DNA from: an uncultured Muribaculaceae bacterium
Lineage (GTDB): Bacteria > Bacillota_I > Bacilli_A > RF39 > UBA660
NCBI GenBank assembly: GCA_964630365.1
Contig: CAZVUP010000004.1
Coordinates: 1,970-65,969 of the forward strand
DNA length: 64,000 nt
Direction: 5' to 3'
Shown: piece after piece, positions 26,976-36,549 of the stretch
How positions within the stretch are numbered: position 1 is the first letter of the stretch
Layout of the letters: every line of letters starts with the position of its first letter
Notes under the pieces: generated by a model
The model's database searches: none
Told to the model about the DNA's origin: nothing
The model's input: only the letters and a program-made list of their open reading frames with translations
Program-made: the position numbers and the translations under genes

Positions 26976-27908
26976 TTACTTTTTAACCGCAACTTTTTCT
27001 TTGTCATCTTCCAAAGCCCGATAATGTTCTAATCTTTGTAATTCCATAAAATATGTTTTAATCATCTCACGTAAATATTCTTTATATTTAAAACTTACTC
27101 CGTAAGACCGACCACCATTAAAACAACATTCTGGAGATAAATAATCTTTAATAAGATTTATAAATTCAGAATAAAATTGATCATCAACAAAAATACTTTT
27201 TTCCCAACAAATTACACTATCATCTTCCATAACATCAGGAAGTTTTGAATTTTTAAAAACAGAAACTACCCCAGAATTAATTATATCTCTCTCATAATTA
27301 CTAGGGGTAATTTGAGAAATTCCTTGATTAATAACAAGCGGCATAATTTTACCAATGAACTCATCATAGAATAAATCACCATATAACTTTTCAGAATAAA
27401 TTTGTTCCAAATATTTAAGCTTTTTCTCAAAGTCAGTATAAACATTTATATCAGCTTCACCATATCTTCTAGGATCATATGAATAATACAGCCTTAAAAG
27501 ATTATTTAAACTTGTACTAAAAGTAATAATAATGTCATTATCACTATTTCTATTCCATTCATATGAATAGTCCAACTCAGAACGAATAATATTTCTTAGT
27601 TTATCAGCAAAAAATTCTAAATAATCTTCTCTAACAATAAAATCTTTATTATCAAACATAACTAAGCTAGAATCATACACCGCTTGAAAAGGGCGGATAG
27701 TTATTGTCCTCTTTTCTTCTAATTCTCTTATTGATTCTGGCTTTAAATCAGCGCTTAAACTATTTATATTATCTAATGATTCATTAATCCAATATGGTAA
27801 AACCAAATGCATAAATTCTAATATCATATCAGCAATAATATCGCTTTCTACATCTATAGAATAATTTTTAACATCATTTACTTTTTCATAAAAATTAGCA
27901 ATCTCCAT
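26976..27908 (-). CDS. Paralog 3 of the tandem family
   Basis: The protein starts MEIANFYEK and ends YFMELQRLEHYRALEDDK. It shares YSYDPRRYG and IYSEKLYGDLFYDEFI with its neighbours. Confidence 0.75.
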   Translation of the reverse strand: MEIANFYEKVNDVKNYSIDVESDIIADMILEFMHLVLPYWINESLDNINSLSADLKPESIRELEEKRTITIRPFQAVYDSSLVMFDNKDFIVREDYLEFFADKLRNIIRSELDYSYEWNRNSDNDIIITFSTSLNNLLRLYYSYDPRRYGEADINVYTDFEKKLKYLEQIYSEKLYGDLFYDEFIGKIMPLVINQGISQITPSNYERDIINSGVVSVFKNSKLPDVMEDDSVICWEKSIFVDDQFYSEFINLIKDYLSPECCFNGGRSYGVSFKYKEYLREMIKTYFMELQRLEHYRALEDDKEKVAVKK

Positions 27909-27921
27909 AGTAATACCTCTC

Positions 27922-28845
27922 TTATTTCTTTACCTTTTCTTTTGCTTTATCGTCTTCTATACCTCTATAATATTCTAATCTTCGTAATTCCATATAATAT
28001 TCTTTTACTAAATCATCCAGAGTAATATTAAATCTAAAAACATATCCTTTTAATGCTGCAGAATATCCAACAACATCCCCCCATAAATCATCCTCAAAAC
28101 GTTTTTTAAGCATAGTAATAAACTCATCATAAACAGCATCATCAACTACAAAATAAAATATATCTTTTTCTTGCTTTTTTATTAATTCAGATGAATCATA
28201 TACCGATTTTTCTACTACAACAAATTTTTCAGAGACAATATGTGTATGCATATAATTATGAGGTTGAATTCTTGATATATTACTTTCTATAATACTAGGT
28301 AATAATTTACCAATAAACTTATCATAATATGTATCACCATACAATTTATCATCATAAATATTACCTAACCAATTTAATTTTTCTTCAAAATCTCTTGGAG
28401 CAACATCTTCTCCTCCATATCTTCTAGGATCATATAAGTAATATAAATTCGTAATCTTACTTAAAGATGTTCCCATTTTAATTACACTCTCATTTTTATA
28501 TTTATGAATATCACAATTCATAACAATACCATTAAGAGATTCTATAATATTTAAAAAAGTTTTATAGTAAGCTTCATTTACAAAAATACTTGTCCCAATA
28601 ACTTCCGCCGCTTTTTTATCAGAAGATGAAATTACTCTAATAGTTTCAACAAACGTATCATCTGCAATATCATCAAAAGATAACTTAGAACTTTTAGCTT
28701 TTATTTTATCTATTTGCTTATTAATAACATTTCCTAAAAGTTCTTGCATAAACATCATTAAAATATCAGTTACTACATCAGCTTCTATATCTCGAGATAA
28801 ATCTTTTGCTTCTTCTATTTTTCTAAAAAAGTTTTTCTTTTCCAT
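27922..28845 (-). CDS. Paralog 2 of the tandem family
   Basis: The start is set at MEKKNFFRK (the ATG after AGGTGG, which overlaps the paralog-1 stop). The protein ends YYMELRRLEYYRGIEDDK. Confidence 0.75.
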   Translation of the reverse strand: MEKKNFFRKIEEAKDLSRDIEADVVTDILMMFMQELLGNVINKQIDKIKAKSSKLSFDDIADDTFVETIRVISSSDKKAAEVIGTSIFVNEAYYKTFLNIIESLNGIVMNCDIHKYKNESVIKMGTSLSKITNLYYLYDPRRYGGEDVAPRDFEEKLNWLGNIYDDKLYGDTYYDKFIGKLLPSIIESNISRIQPHNYMHTHIVSEKFVVVEKSVYDSSELIKKQEKDIFYFVVDDAVYDEFITMLKKRFEDDLWGDVVGYSAALKGYVFRFNITLDDLVKEYYMELRRLEYYRGIEDDKAKEKVKK

Positions 28846-28857
28846 AAAATACACCAC

Positions 28858-29745
28858 CTATTTCTTAACCTTTTCTTTAGGCTGATCATTTCTCATACCT
28901 TGATAGTATTCAAGTCTTTGTAATTCCATATAATATGCATTGACTAAATCCATAAAAGAACAATCAAATGCAATTTTTGATCCATCTTTAGAAAAAGAAT
29001 TACCAAGATCATAATCTTCCATAAATTGCATTATTTTTTCTCTGACCTTATCAACATATAAAGGATTAACTACAATACTATAAGGATCATCTAAAACTTC
29101 CAAAGCCACACCATAACCGCCAATGATATTACAATCAAAATTAAATTCTGGAACTTCAGAAAGATTAGCTAAATCAGTATTTTCAATTGCCTCATCAATA
29201 GTACCATAAACATATCCTGAAAGAAATTCTTGATAATAAAAATCTGTTGCCAAATCTTCACAATAAGCATTTATTTTACGTAGATTTGGTTCAAATTCTT
29301 TATCAACTATTTCTCCATCTCCCCAACGTCTTTCATCATTATGATAAAACACTTCTAATAGTCTCCATAAAGGAGCAAAAATATGGATAGAGTCTTCCTG
29401 AACTACAAATCCTAATTCATCATCAAAATAATTGGCAAGATAATCCCTAAGAGCATTATAAATCTCTGTACTAGGTATAAAAAGTTTTCCACTATTAGGA
29501 TCTATTTTTCTAAAAACAACTTTTTTCTGGCCTAAATAAAATTCAGTATTTTCGAGTTTTAATACATATTTTGTTTTTGCACCAAAAGAATACATTTTAA
29601 AATCATTTGATATTATTACCGAATTAATAATAGCAGGTAAAACTTTTCCTACAAACACGCTATAAAAATTTCCTACTACTTCTTCACTATATATATCTCC
29701 AAGCCACTCCTTAGTATTCTTATTTTTTTCATAAAAATTTTTCAT
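28858..29745 (-). CDS. Paralog 1 of the tandem family (most divergent)
   Basis: The protein starts MKNFYEK after a GGAGG RBS, ends YYMELQRLEYYQGMRNDQ, and contains FYHNDERRWG in place of YYxYDPRRYG. Confidence 0.75.
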   Translation of the reverse strand: MKNFYEKNKNTKEWLGDIYSEEVVGNFYSVFVGKVLPAIINSVIISNDFKMYSFGAKTKYVLKLENTEFYLGQKKVVFRKIDPNSGKLFIPSTEIYNALRDYLANYFDDELGFVVQEDSIHIFAPLWRLLEVFYHNDERRWGDGEIVDKEFEPNLRKINAYCEDLATDFYYQEFLSGYVYGTIDEAIENTDLANLSEVPEFNFDCNIIGGYGVALEVLDDPYSIVVNPLYVDKVREKIMQFMEDYDLGNSFSKDGSKIAFDCSFMDLVNAYYMELQRLEYYQGMRNDQPKEKVKK

Positions 29746-29769
29746 TTAAAACCTCCAAATATGCTTTTT

Positions 29770-29798
29770 ATACTAACACAATTATTTTCTAAAGACAA
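29770..29798 (-). promoter_or_regulatory. Promoter-like element for the four-paralog operon
   Basis: The minus strand reads TTGTCT (29793-29798), a 17-nt spacer, then TAGTAT (29770-29775) preceded by TGT, an extended -10. A weak hairpin with a T7 run lies just upstream. Confidence 0.4.
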
Positions 29799-29831
29799 GA
29801 AAAAAAGAAAGCTAAGCCTTCTAAAATATAA

Positions 29832-30956
29832 CTAATTAATAGTTGGAAAATCAACAAACGGATTATTAGCATCATAAACATTTTGAACAATCTGTGTCCC
29901 AGCAGCATCATATGTTGTCGCTACAATTGTATCTCCTACTCTCTCATAAGAAGTTTGAGTATAAAGATTTCCGTTATTATCATAGCGAAATTCATGCCCA
30001 TTTGCTTGTCTATCATTCAGTAAAACTCCATTCTCATAATATTGAGAAGACCCATCAGATCCACTAACATTCGTGTAAGTAGTTGAGCCATCAGAATTTG
30101 TCCTATAATCATATTTAAATTCTACACCATTTTCATCAACATGAAGTTTTACCCTTCCATCAGAATCATATTGTTTATATGACCCATCGGCATTCTTTTC
30201 TTCAAAAACAGTACCATTACTATATTTAGTATACGACCCATCAGCCTTTGCTTCATATTCCAATGCTTGACTCCCATCTTTATCGCGTTTAATGATTTTT
30301 TCTGCCCCGTCAGCAGCATAATAATGTTCTTCAGTTTTGCCAGAAAAAATATCAAAATCATAAGTTGTTTCATTTCCATTACTATCTTTAGAATAAATAA
30401 GTCCTCTATTATTTGAAATTCTATAGTTGCCATCAGAATCTATAACTAGTTTAACATCCGGATTATCAATATCCTTATAATTTAAATGCGGAAGATCTGC
30501 TGAACGAGTAATTCCATCATCTCTACCAATCCAATTAGTACACAAAGATCGTATAGCCTCTCCATACAATTCAACGCTACCATCTGGCTTAATAATTTTA
30601 AAAACTTCACCATCTTTATCATAATACTTGATAGTTCCATCATCTAATAATTCTTTTTTCTTATACTCGAGAGTAATACCATCAGTAGATATAGTAGTCT
30701 CCCTTTCCATTCCCATACGTCCCAAATCAAATCGTTCCGTATCTCTAGAAGGATCACCAATCAAAGTTAGAGCCTTTGGTACAGAACTAGCGGCACTAGA
30801 AACAGCATCTAAATCAACTGTTTCAATTTCAGCTTCTTTTTCAGCAAATTTTTGTGCTACTAAATCTTTTTTAGGAATAACTCCTCTATCATTAGGATTT
30901 TCATGTTTATATTCCAAATCATAAGTTTTAACATTATTTACAAGCATCTTTATCAC
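29832..30956 (-). CDS. Cytoplasmic YD/MORN-like beta-hairpin repeat protein
   Basis: More than 15 short D/N-G-x4-6-Y repeats are present, for example KQYDSDGRVKLHVDENGVEFKYDY, SQYYENGVLLNDRQANGHEFRYDNNGNLY and YYDKDGEVFKIIKPDGSVELY. No signal peptide, TM helix or recognisable enzymatic domain was seen. Confidence 0.6.
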   Translation of the reverse strand: MIKMLVNNVKTYDLEYKHENPNDRGVIPKKDLVAQKFAEKEAEIETVDLDAVSSAASSVPKALTLIGDPSRDTERFDLGRMGMERETTISTDGITLEYKKKELLDDGTIKYYDKDGEVFKIIKPDGSVELYGEAIRSLCTNWIGRDDGITRSADLPHLNYKDIDNPDVKLVIDSDGNYRISNNRGLIYSKDSNGNETTYDFDIFSGKTEEHYYAADGAEKIIKRDKDGSQALEYEAKADGSYTKYSNGTVFEEKNADGSYKQYDSDGRVKLHVDENGVEFKYDYRTNSDGSTTYTNVSGSDGSSQYYENGVLLNDRQANGHEFRYDNNGNLYTQTSYERVGDTIVATTYDAAGTQIVQNVYDANNPFVDFPTIN

Positions 30957-31024
30957 CCATCTTAATTATAACATATAAAATATACAGACATATCATTATT
31001 TATCATTTGATACATATCTTTACA

Positions 31025-33055
31025 TTAATTATAAATAATTAGTTCATGCTGTGCTCTCGTACACGCAACATATAATAAATTTCTCTCATCTCTTCTATAA
31101 GTATTATTGCGATCATTATAGATAATTACACTATCAAATTCTAATCCTTTAGATACATAGGCTGGAACTATAATTAAATCTTTCTTAAATGCTGTACTAT
31201 TAGCTTCTACTAATGATATATCTATTTTATCTTTAATAAGTTCATATATAGTATTAGCTTCTCTGTCATCTTTTGTGATTAACGCAACACTCTTATAATT
31301 ACTTTTTAAGTACTCAATATCTTTTATTAGTTGATCACTTAAACTATCAACATTCTTTCTAACAATAACTGGTTTATGATTATCTTTTCTAATCGCATTA
31401 ACATGATGTAGATTTAAAATCTTATTTGTATAATTGATTATTTCTGGAGAAGAACGATAAGTTTTTAATAATTCTAAGTATTTAACATCACCATCAAACA
31501 AATTAGCTAAATCATTTAATGATCCATAATGATAATATGGATTAATATTTTGATTAATATCACCAAGTATAGTAAAATCTGCTTTTCTAAATATTTTAGT
31601 AATAATAATATATTGTAATCTATTATAGTCTTGCGCCTCATCTATAATTACTTGCTTAACATTAGCTTCATAAATAAATCCTTCAAGCATTCCTTTTATA
31701 TAAGCAAAAATAAGAGCATCTTCATAATTAATAATATCCTTATTAATTGTCCTTTTAATATCTTTTTCATCCTGTTTTATTCTAAAGAATTCACTTTCCA
31801 TAAACTCTTTATATATTTCTTTGTAATCTCTTTTAAAATTAGCATTTTCAAATAATAATTTCTTGTAAGTAGCAATCTTTTTACGACTACCTTTATAATT
31901 AGTGGTTACCAGTTTCTCAGCTATTTCATCTACTCTTTCAAATAAAGGTAATCTATCATATCTATCATGTAACCATTCATTTATTTCATCTTTATCAATA
32001 TACTTAGTCTCATCTTCATAAAAACTATTAATAAACTTACAATTATCAACATAATTTTCTAAGAAAGCATCCAAATCATCAATAATTCTATCACTTTGTT
32101 TATATCTAACTAATTCTGGATTTACTTCACTATAAGAATAATATCTTGATACAAAATCAGAAAAATCTTCTACTTCCTTATATTCATCTATAAAACTTGC
32201 TAAATAATCAGCAAAAGTAGTTTGCAAAGTATTATCTTCTCCAAGTGAAGGAAGTACATCAGAAATATACTCAGTAAAGATATTATTAGGAGAAAAAATT
32301 AAAATATTATTACTATTTAAATTTTCAATTCGATAAAGTAAAAAAGCTATTCTATGTAGAGCCACTGTTGTTTTACCACTACCAGCAATTCCTTGGACAA
32401 TTAAGTGATCATCTTCTAAGTTTCTAATAACTTGATTTTGTTCTTGTTGAATAGTATTAACAACTTGCTTCATTTTATCACTTGACTCTTCTGCCAAAAC
32501 ATCTTGTAATACTTCATCATTTATATTAAGTGAATTATCAAAGACACCTAATAATTTATTATTTTCAAGTTTATATTGTCTTTTTCTTTTTAATTCTCCT
32601 GAATAAATTCCCCCTGGAGCAGTATAACTACAAGGACCTACCTCATAGTCATAAAACAAACTACAAATAGGACTCCTCCAGTCATATAAAATATTGTTGT
32701 CATCAACGTCTTTTAAATAAGTAAGGGACATATAAATATTAAAAATATTTCCTTCATCATCTTTAAAGACAATACTAGCAAAATAAGGTTTATTACGAAT
32801 ACTTTTAAGTCTTTTATAATACTTTTGTCTTCTCCAAGCCTTATCCTCTTCTTCAGCAGTCATAAGCATTGCTTGCTGTGCTTCACCTGCATCAAAACTA
32901 CTAGCATTCTCCCACATCATTTTCTTAAATTCAACTAAATCTTCTTCATCATTAACTACATCTACACCAAGTTCTTCAAGTCTCTTTTCTAATAAATTAT
33001 GAACCTTTTTTAATATTTTCTTCTCTTTAATAATTTCTGCTTCACTAATAGCCAT
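31025..33055 (-). CDS. helD: HelD-type (helicase IV-like) UvrD-family helicase
   Basis: Motifs include GIAGSGKTTVALHRIAFLLY, VIIDEAQDY, LKTYRSS and a GLEFDSVII-type motif. An N-terminal non-helicase region is present, as in RNA-polymerase-associated HelD. Confidence 0.8.
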   Translation of the reverse strand: MAISEAEIIKEKKILKKVHNLLEKRLEELGVDVVNDEEDLVEFKKMMWENASSFDAGEAQQAMLMTAEEEDKAWRRQKYYKRLKSIRNKPYFASIVFKDDEGNIFNIYMSLTYLKDVDDNNILYDWRSPICSLFYDYEVGPCSYTAPGGIYSGELKRKRQYKLENNKLLGVFDNSLNINDEVLQDVLAEESSDKMKQVVNTIQQEQNQVIRNLEDDHLIVQGIAGSGKTTVALHRIAFLLYRIENLNSNNILIFSPNNIFTEYISDVLPSLGEDNTLQTTFADYLASFIDEYKEVEDFSDFVSRYYSYSEVNPELVRYKQSDRIIDDLDAFLENYVDNCKFINSFYEDETKYIDKDEINEWLHDRYDRLPLFERVDEIAEKLVTTNYKGSRKKIATYKKLLFENANFKRDYKEIYKEFMESEFFRIKQDEKDIKRTINKDIINYEDALIFAYIKGMLEGFIYEANVKQVIIDEAQDYNRLQYIIITKIFRKADFTILGDINQNINPYYHYGSLNDLANLFDGDVKYLELLKTYRSSPEIINYTNKILNLHHVNAIRKDNHKPVIVRKNVDSLSDQLIKDIEYLKSNYKSVALITKDDREANTIYELIKDKIDISLVEANSTAFKKDLIIVPAYVSKGLEFDSVIIYNDRNNTYRRDERNLLYVACTRAQHELIIYN

Positions 33056-33128
33056 AATACCATCCTCGCTATTATTAACTATATCACAATAAATAACTAC
33101 ATACTAGAATCTAAACATCAACTTTACA

Positions 33129-33153
33129 TAAAAAAGAGCCTATAATAGGCTCT
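33129..33153 (-). terminator. Rho-independent terminator
   Basis: AGAGCCTAT (33135-33143) pairs with ATAGGCTCT (33145-33153), and TTTTTT follows on the minus strand. The hairpin includes the stop codon of the DUF3267-like gene. Confidence 0.6.
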
Positions 33154-33820
33154 CTAAGGCAAATATAATTAAGAATATTACAAAGATAATAATTGATTTC
33201 TTTGTAATTGTAAATTTCTCTATATTTTCAAATATAAAATCTTCTGATCTATAATCTTTAACCTTAATTATTTTAAAAAATATACTTTTTTTCTTTTCTA
33301 AATTTTCACTACTAATTAAGACAAATTCATCATTATTACCTGATTCACTATAAACTACATCTTTAATTCTTAAAATATAGAAAAACATTACCAAGTCCAT
33401 TGCCGCACCTGTCAGATTAACAATTGATAGAGTAATTAATAAATTAAGATTAAAAACTACACCTATAATATAAGTAATTACTCCAATTACCATAAATGGC
33501 ATTTGTAACGATATTAAAATATTCTTTTTACTTATTTCTTCACAATCCATGCAATATAATAATCCCTTTTCAAGACAAATACCATATTTTATTTTATCTC
33601 TGTGTCCTCCACCAAGAAAATATCCTACTCCATGCAAAAATTCATGAAGACAAAAATATAACATCATTGTAATAAATAAAACTAATACATTAGAATCAAA
33701 TCTATAATTTTTATCAATAACCACTGTAAAGATAAAACAAATAATTAAAATAACAAACGCCAATATATTAGCCGGTACTAAATTCATTTTAAAATAATAT
33801 GCTTTTTTATTCTTGGACAT
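33140..33820 (-). CDS. Membrane-embedded putative zincin peptidase (DUF3267-like)
   Basis: The polytopic protein has HEFLHG (HExxH) at the end of a TM helix. The gene overlaps the upstream PMM gene by 14 nt. Confidence 0.55.
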   Translation of the reverse strand: MSKNKKAYYFKMNLVPANILAFVILIICFIFTVVIDKNYRFDSNVLVLFITMMLYFCLHEFLHGVGYFLGGGHRDKIKYGICLEKGLLYCMDCEEISKKNILISLQMPFMVIGVITYIIGVVFNLNLLITLSIVNLTGAAMDLVMFFYILRIKDVVYSESGNNDEFVLISSENLEKKKSIFFKIIKVKDYRSEDFIFENIEKFTITKKSIIIFVIFLIIFALESLL

Positions 33821-35180
33821 TTTTAATTACTCCCATAAATTCATCTTCAATTTCTTTTAATCTATCTTCATTCTTAGCTTCAAACCTAACAGTTAAATTA
33901 GGCCCTGTATTACTTGCACGAACTAATGCCCAACCATCATCAAATTCAACTCTTGCTCCATCAATATCAATAAGTTTATAACCTTTTTCTCTAACATATT
34001 TAATAACCTCATCTACTATTTTAAATTTCTTATCATCACTAGTTGCAATCTTAATTTCCGGAGTTGAATAATATTTATTAATTCCTTCTAATAATTCTTC
34101 AACATTCTTATCGGTATTTGATAATACCTCTACCATCCTAAGACCAGCATATATTCCAGAGTCAAATCCTAACCATCTATCTCTAAAGTATACATGTCCT
34201 GATAACTCTCCCCCAAAAGGAATATCAAAATCTCTACAAGCAGCTTTAGTATATGAATTACCCGTTCTATAGCAAATACCTTTAGCCCCAAGTCTTTCAA
34301 TTTCATCTGCCAAAGTCTTAGAACATTTTACATCATATAAAAATTCTTTTTTATAAACTTTATCTATCATATCTCTAATAAAAATAATCATATATTGATC
34401 TGTTGGTATAAAAGTGGCTTTATTAGATACCATTCCCATTCTATCTCCATCACCATCAAAACCAATTCCAATATCTGCACCAATTTCTAATACTTTTTTC
34501 TTCAATTGTTCTAAGTTTTCTTCAACACAAGGGTCTGGATGATGATTAGGAAAATTACCATCACTAACATCATTTATATATGTTGCTTCAATCGGAAACA
34601 TATCAAATAATTTTTTTACAATAACTGCAGTTGTTCCATTCCCAGGATCAATCACAGCTTTAACACGTCTCTTACCAAATTTAAAAGCATTCTTAAACAA
34701 TTCTATATAATCAGGAGTAATATCATATTCTTTTACATGACCATAACCTTTAGAAAATTCACCTTTTAAAATATATGCTAAAAAGTCTTGAATCTCCTGT
34801 CCCTTACAATTACCAGATTCATCAAAAGCAAATTTAAAACCATTATCATCTTTTGGATTATGGGAAGCCGTAACCATTACACCACTAAATATCTTCAATT
34901 TAATACAAGCATAATAATACATTGGTGTTGTACAAAGACCCAACGAAATAATATCAATACCAGTCTCCATTATACCTTCAATTAGTGATTCATATAAACT
35001 AAGTCCACTAAGTCTATTGTCATGCCCAACAACACAAGTAGTTTTACCTATTGACTTAATATAGCTACCAAATCCAAGCCCAATAGTATATGCTGTATCT
35101 TCATCTATTTCTGTAGGATAAATTCCTCTAATGTCATATCCTCTAAAAATATTTTTTGCGATATCTTTTTTATATTTCAT
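33807..35180 (-). CDS. Phosphomannomutase/phosphoglucomutase (alpha-D-phosphohexomutase family)
   Basis: Motifs include IFRGYDIRG, the active-site loop TASHNPKDDNGFK, the metal loop GFDGDGDR and GELSGH. Confidence 0.9.
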   Translation of the reverse strand: MKYKKDIAKNIFRGYDIRGIYPTEIDEDTAYTIGLGFGSYIKSIGKTTCVVGHDNRLSGLSLYESLIEGIMETGIDIISLGLCTTPMYYYACIKLKIFSGVMVTASHNPKDDNGFKFAFDESGNCKGQEIQDFLAYILKGEFSKGYGHVKEYDITPDYIELFKNAFKFGKRRVKAVIDPGNGTTAVIVKKLFDMFPIEATYINDVSDGNFPNHHPDPCVEENLEQLKKKVLEIGADIGIGFDGDGDRMGMVSNKATFIPTDQYMIIFIRDMIDKVYKKEFLYDVKCSKTLADEIERLGAKGICYRTGNSYTKAACRDFDIPFGGELSGHVYFRDRWLGFDSGIYAGLRMVEVLSNTDKNVEELLEGINKYYSTPEIKIATSDDKKFKIVDEVIKYVREKGYKLIDIDGARVEFDDGWALVRASNTGPNLTVRFEAKNEDRLKEIEDEFMGVIKNVQE

Positions 35181-35259
35181 AAAATCATCTCCAAACTATC
35201 TATCTTAAAATAATTATATCTCAAATAATTTTTAAATAAAAGAAAAAGGATAAATTAAT

Positions 35260-36018
35260 TTATCCTATAAATAATGAAATAATTAATATAACTACACCAA
35301 TTCCAATGCCTAGAAATGAAATACGTCTATTATGAGTATTTCTAATTCTAGGAATTAATTCATCCAATATTATAAATACTAACATTCCAATAGTTAGAGA
35401 AAGTAATATACCTAATAAGATTTCACTAACAACTGTAAGTTTAAATATATACATAACTAATCCACCAATAAATGTTGAAAGTGCCACTAAAGCAATAGAG
35501 GCAAATGTCCTTTTATTATCAACATTACTTTGATAAAAACTACTAGCAATAACCATTCCCAAAGGAATATTATGAAAACCTACACCTATTGCTAATAAAA
35601 GTCCTAGATGAGCATCACTAAGAGCAGCAGAATAAACTGCAATACCTTCAACAATATTATGTAAAATAAGTGCCAAAGTAGTTATAATTCCAATGTGTGC
35701 TAAGTTATTATTTGCTTCTTTCTTAGTCATCCGATGATGATCATGATGAGCCGGAACAAGAGTATCTAAAAACTTTAATAAGAAAAAGCCTGCTATAGAA
35801 AATAGCAAAAACAAATAAATATGTTTTAATCCAAAACTTTCAAAAGTCTCCGGTAATAAATCAGTAACTAATAAAGTAGCAATAACCCCAAATGCTAATC
35901 CAATTGAAAAATCTACTATTTTTTCCTTTTTATTTATAAGTAAAGCAATAAACGCTCCAACCAAAATAAATATTCCTAATAAAAATGTAGTAAGCAAACC
36001 AACTTGATAATTATGCAT
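35260..36018 (-). CDS. ZIP-family divalent metal transporter (ZupT-like)
   Basis: The protein is polytopic, has a His-rich loop (AHHDHHRM), and carries paired HNIVEG / HNIPLG motifs. Confidence 0.8.
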   Translation of the reverse strand: MHNYQVGLLTTFLLGIFILVGAFIALLINKKEKIVDFSIGLAFGVIATLLVTDLLPETFESFGLKHIYLFLLFSIAGFFLLKFLDTLVPAHHDHHRMTKKEANNNLAHIGIITTLALILHNIVEGIAVYSAALSDAHLGLLLAIGVGFHNIPLGMVIASSFYQSNVDNKRTFASIALVALSTFIGGLVMYIFKLTVVSEILLGILLSLTIGMLVFIILDELIPRIRNTHNRRISFLGIGIGVVILIISLFIG

Positions 36019-36022
36019 ACTC

Positions 36023-36541
36023 TCATCCTCCTATAATACTCTTTAGAATACCAAATGAAACTATCATCATTATAATACTTGCTAAAAAGATACCTAAACT
36101 AGCAGCTTTAAAAGCTGTTTTTCTATCCATATTTAATACCGCAGCTATTAAACACCCAGTCCAAGCTCCAGTACCTGGAAGAGGAATACCAACAAATAAA
36201 ACTAATCCCCAAAAACCATATTTTTCTATTTTATCTTTTTTCTTTGCCACTTGCTTATCCAAAAATTTTGCAAAAGAAGAAAGAAATTTAGTATTACGCA
36301 TCCAATTTAATAATACATTACCAAACCACAATATAAATGGTACAGGTATTATATTGCCAATTATAGAAATTATATAGCTAACAATAGGATTAAGTTTTAA
36401 AAGCGATGCAGCAATCAAACCACCACGAAGTTCTAAAACTGGCAATAATGATATTATAAAAACAGTTATTTCTTTTCCAAATGGCAAACTAAATAAACTA
36501 CTAAATACCCCTATTAAATAACCAACTAGTTTTTCAACCAT
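36023..36541 (-). CDS. Small membrane protein, COG2426 / small multidrug-export-like
   Basis: The 172-aa protein has 4-5 TM helices and a PVLELRGGLIAA motif. Confidence 0.45.
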   Translation of the reverse strand: MVEKLVGYLIGVFSSLFSLPFGKEITVFIISLLPVLELRGGLIAASLLKLNPIVSYIISIIGNIIPVPFILWFGNVLLNWMRNTKFLSSFAKFLDKQVAKKKDKIEKYGFWGLVLFVGIPLPGTGAWTGCLIAAVLNMDRKTAFKAASLGIFLASIIMMIVSFGILKSIIGG

Positions 36542-36549
36542 TCAATCAC

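Noticed and set aside
31025-33055. The UvrD-family helicase next to the repeat protein and paralog array, considered as a possible component of a defence system.
   Set aside because: Its motifs and N-terminal architecture fit housekeeping HelD. It has its own terminator-bounded context, and the neighbouring genes have separate promoter-like elements. No nuclease, methylase or other defence partner is present.
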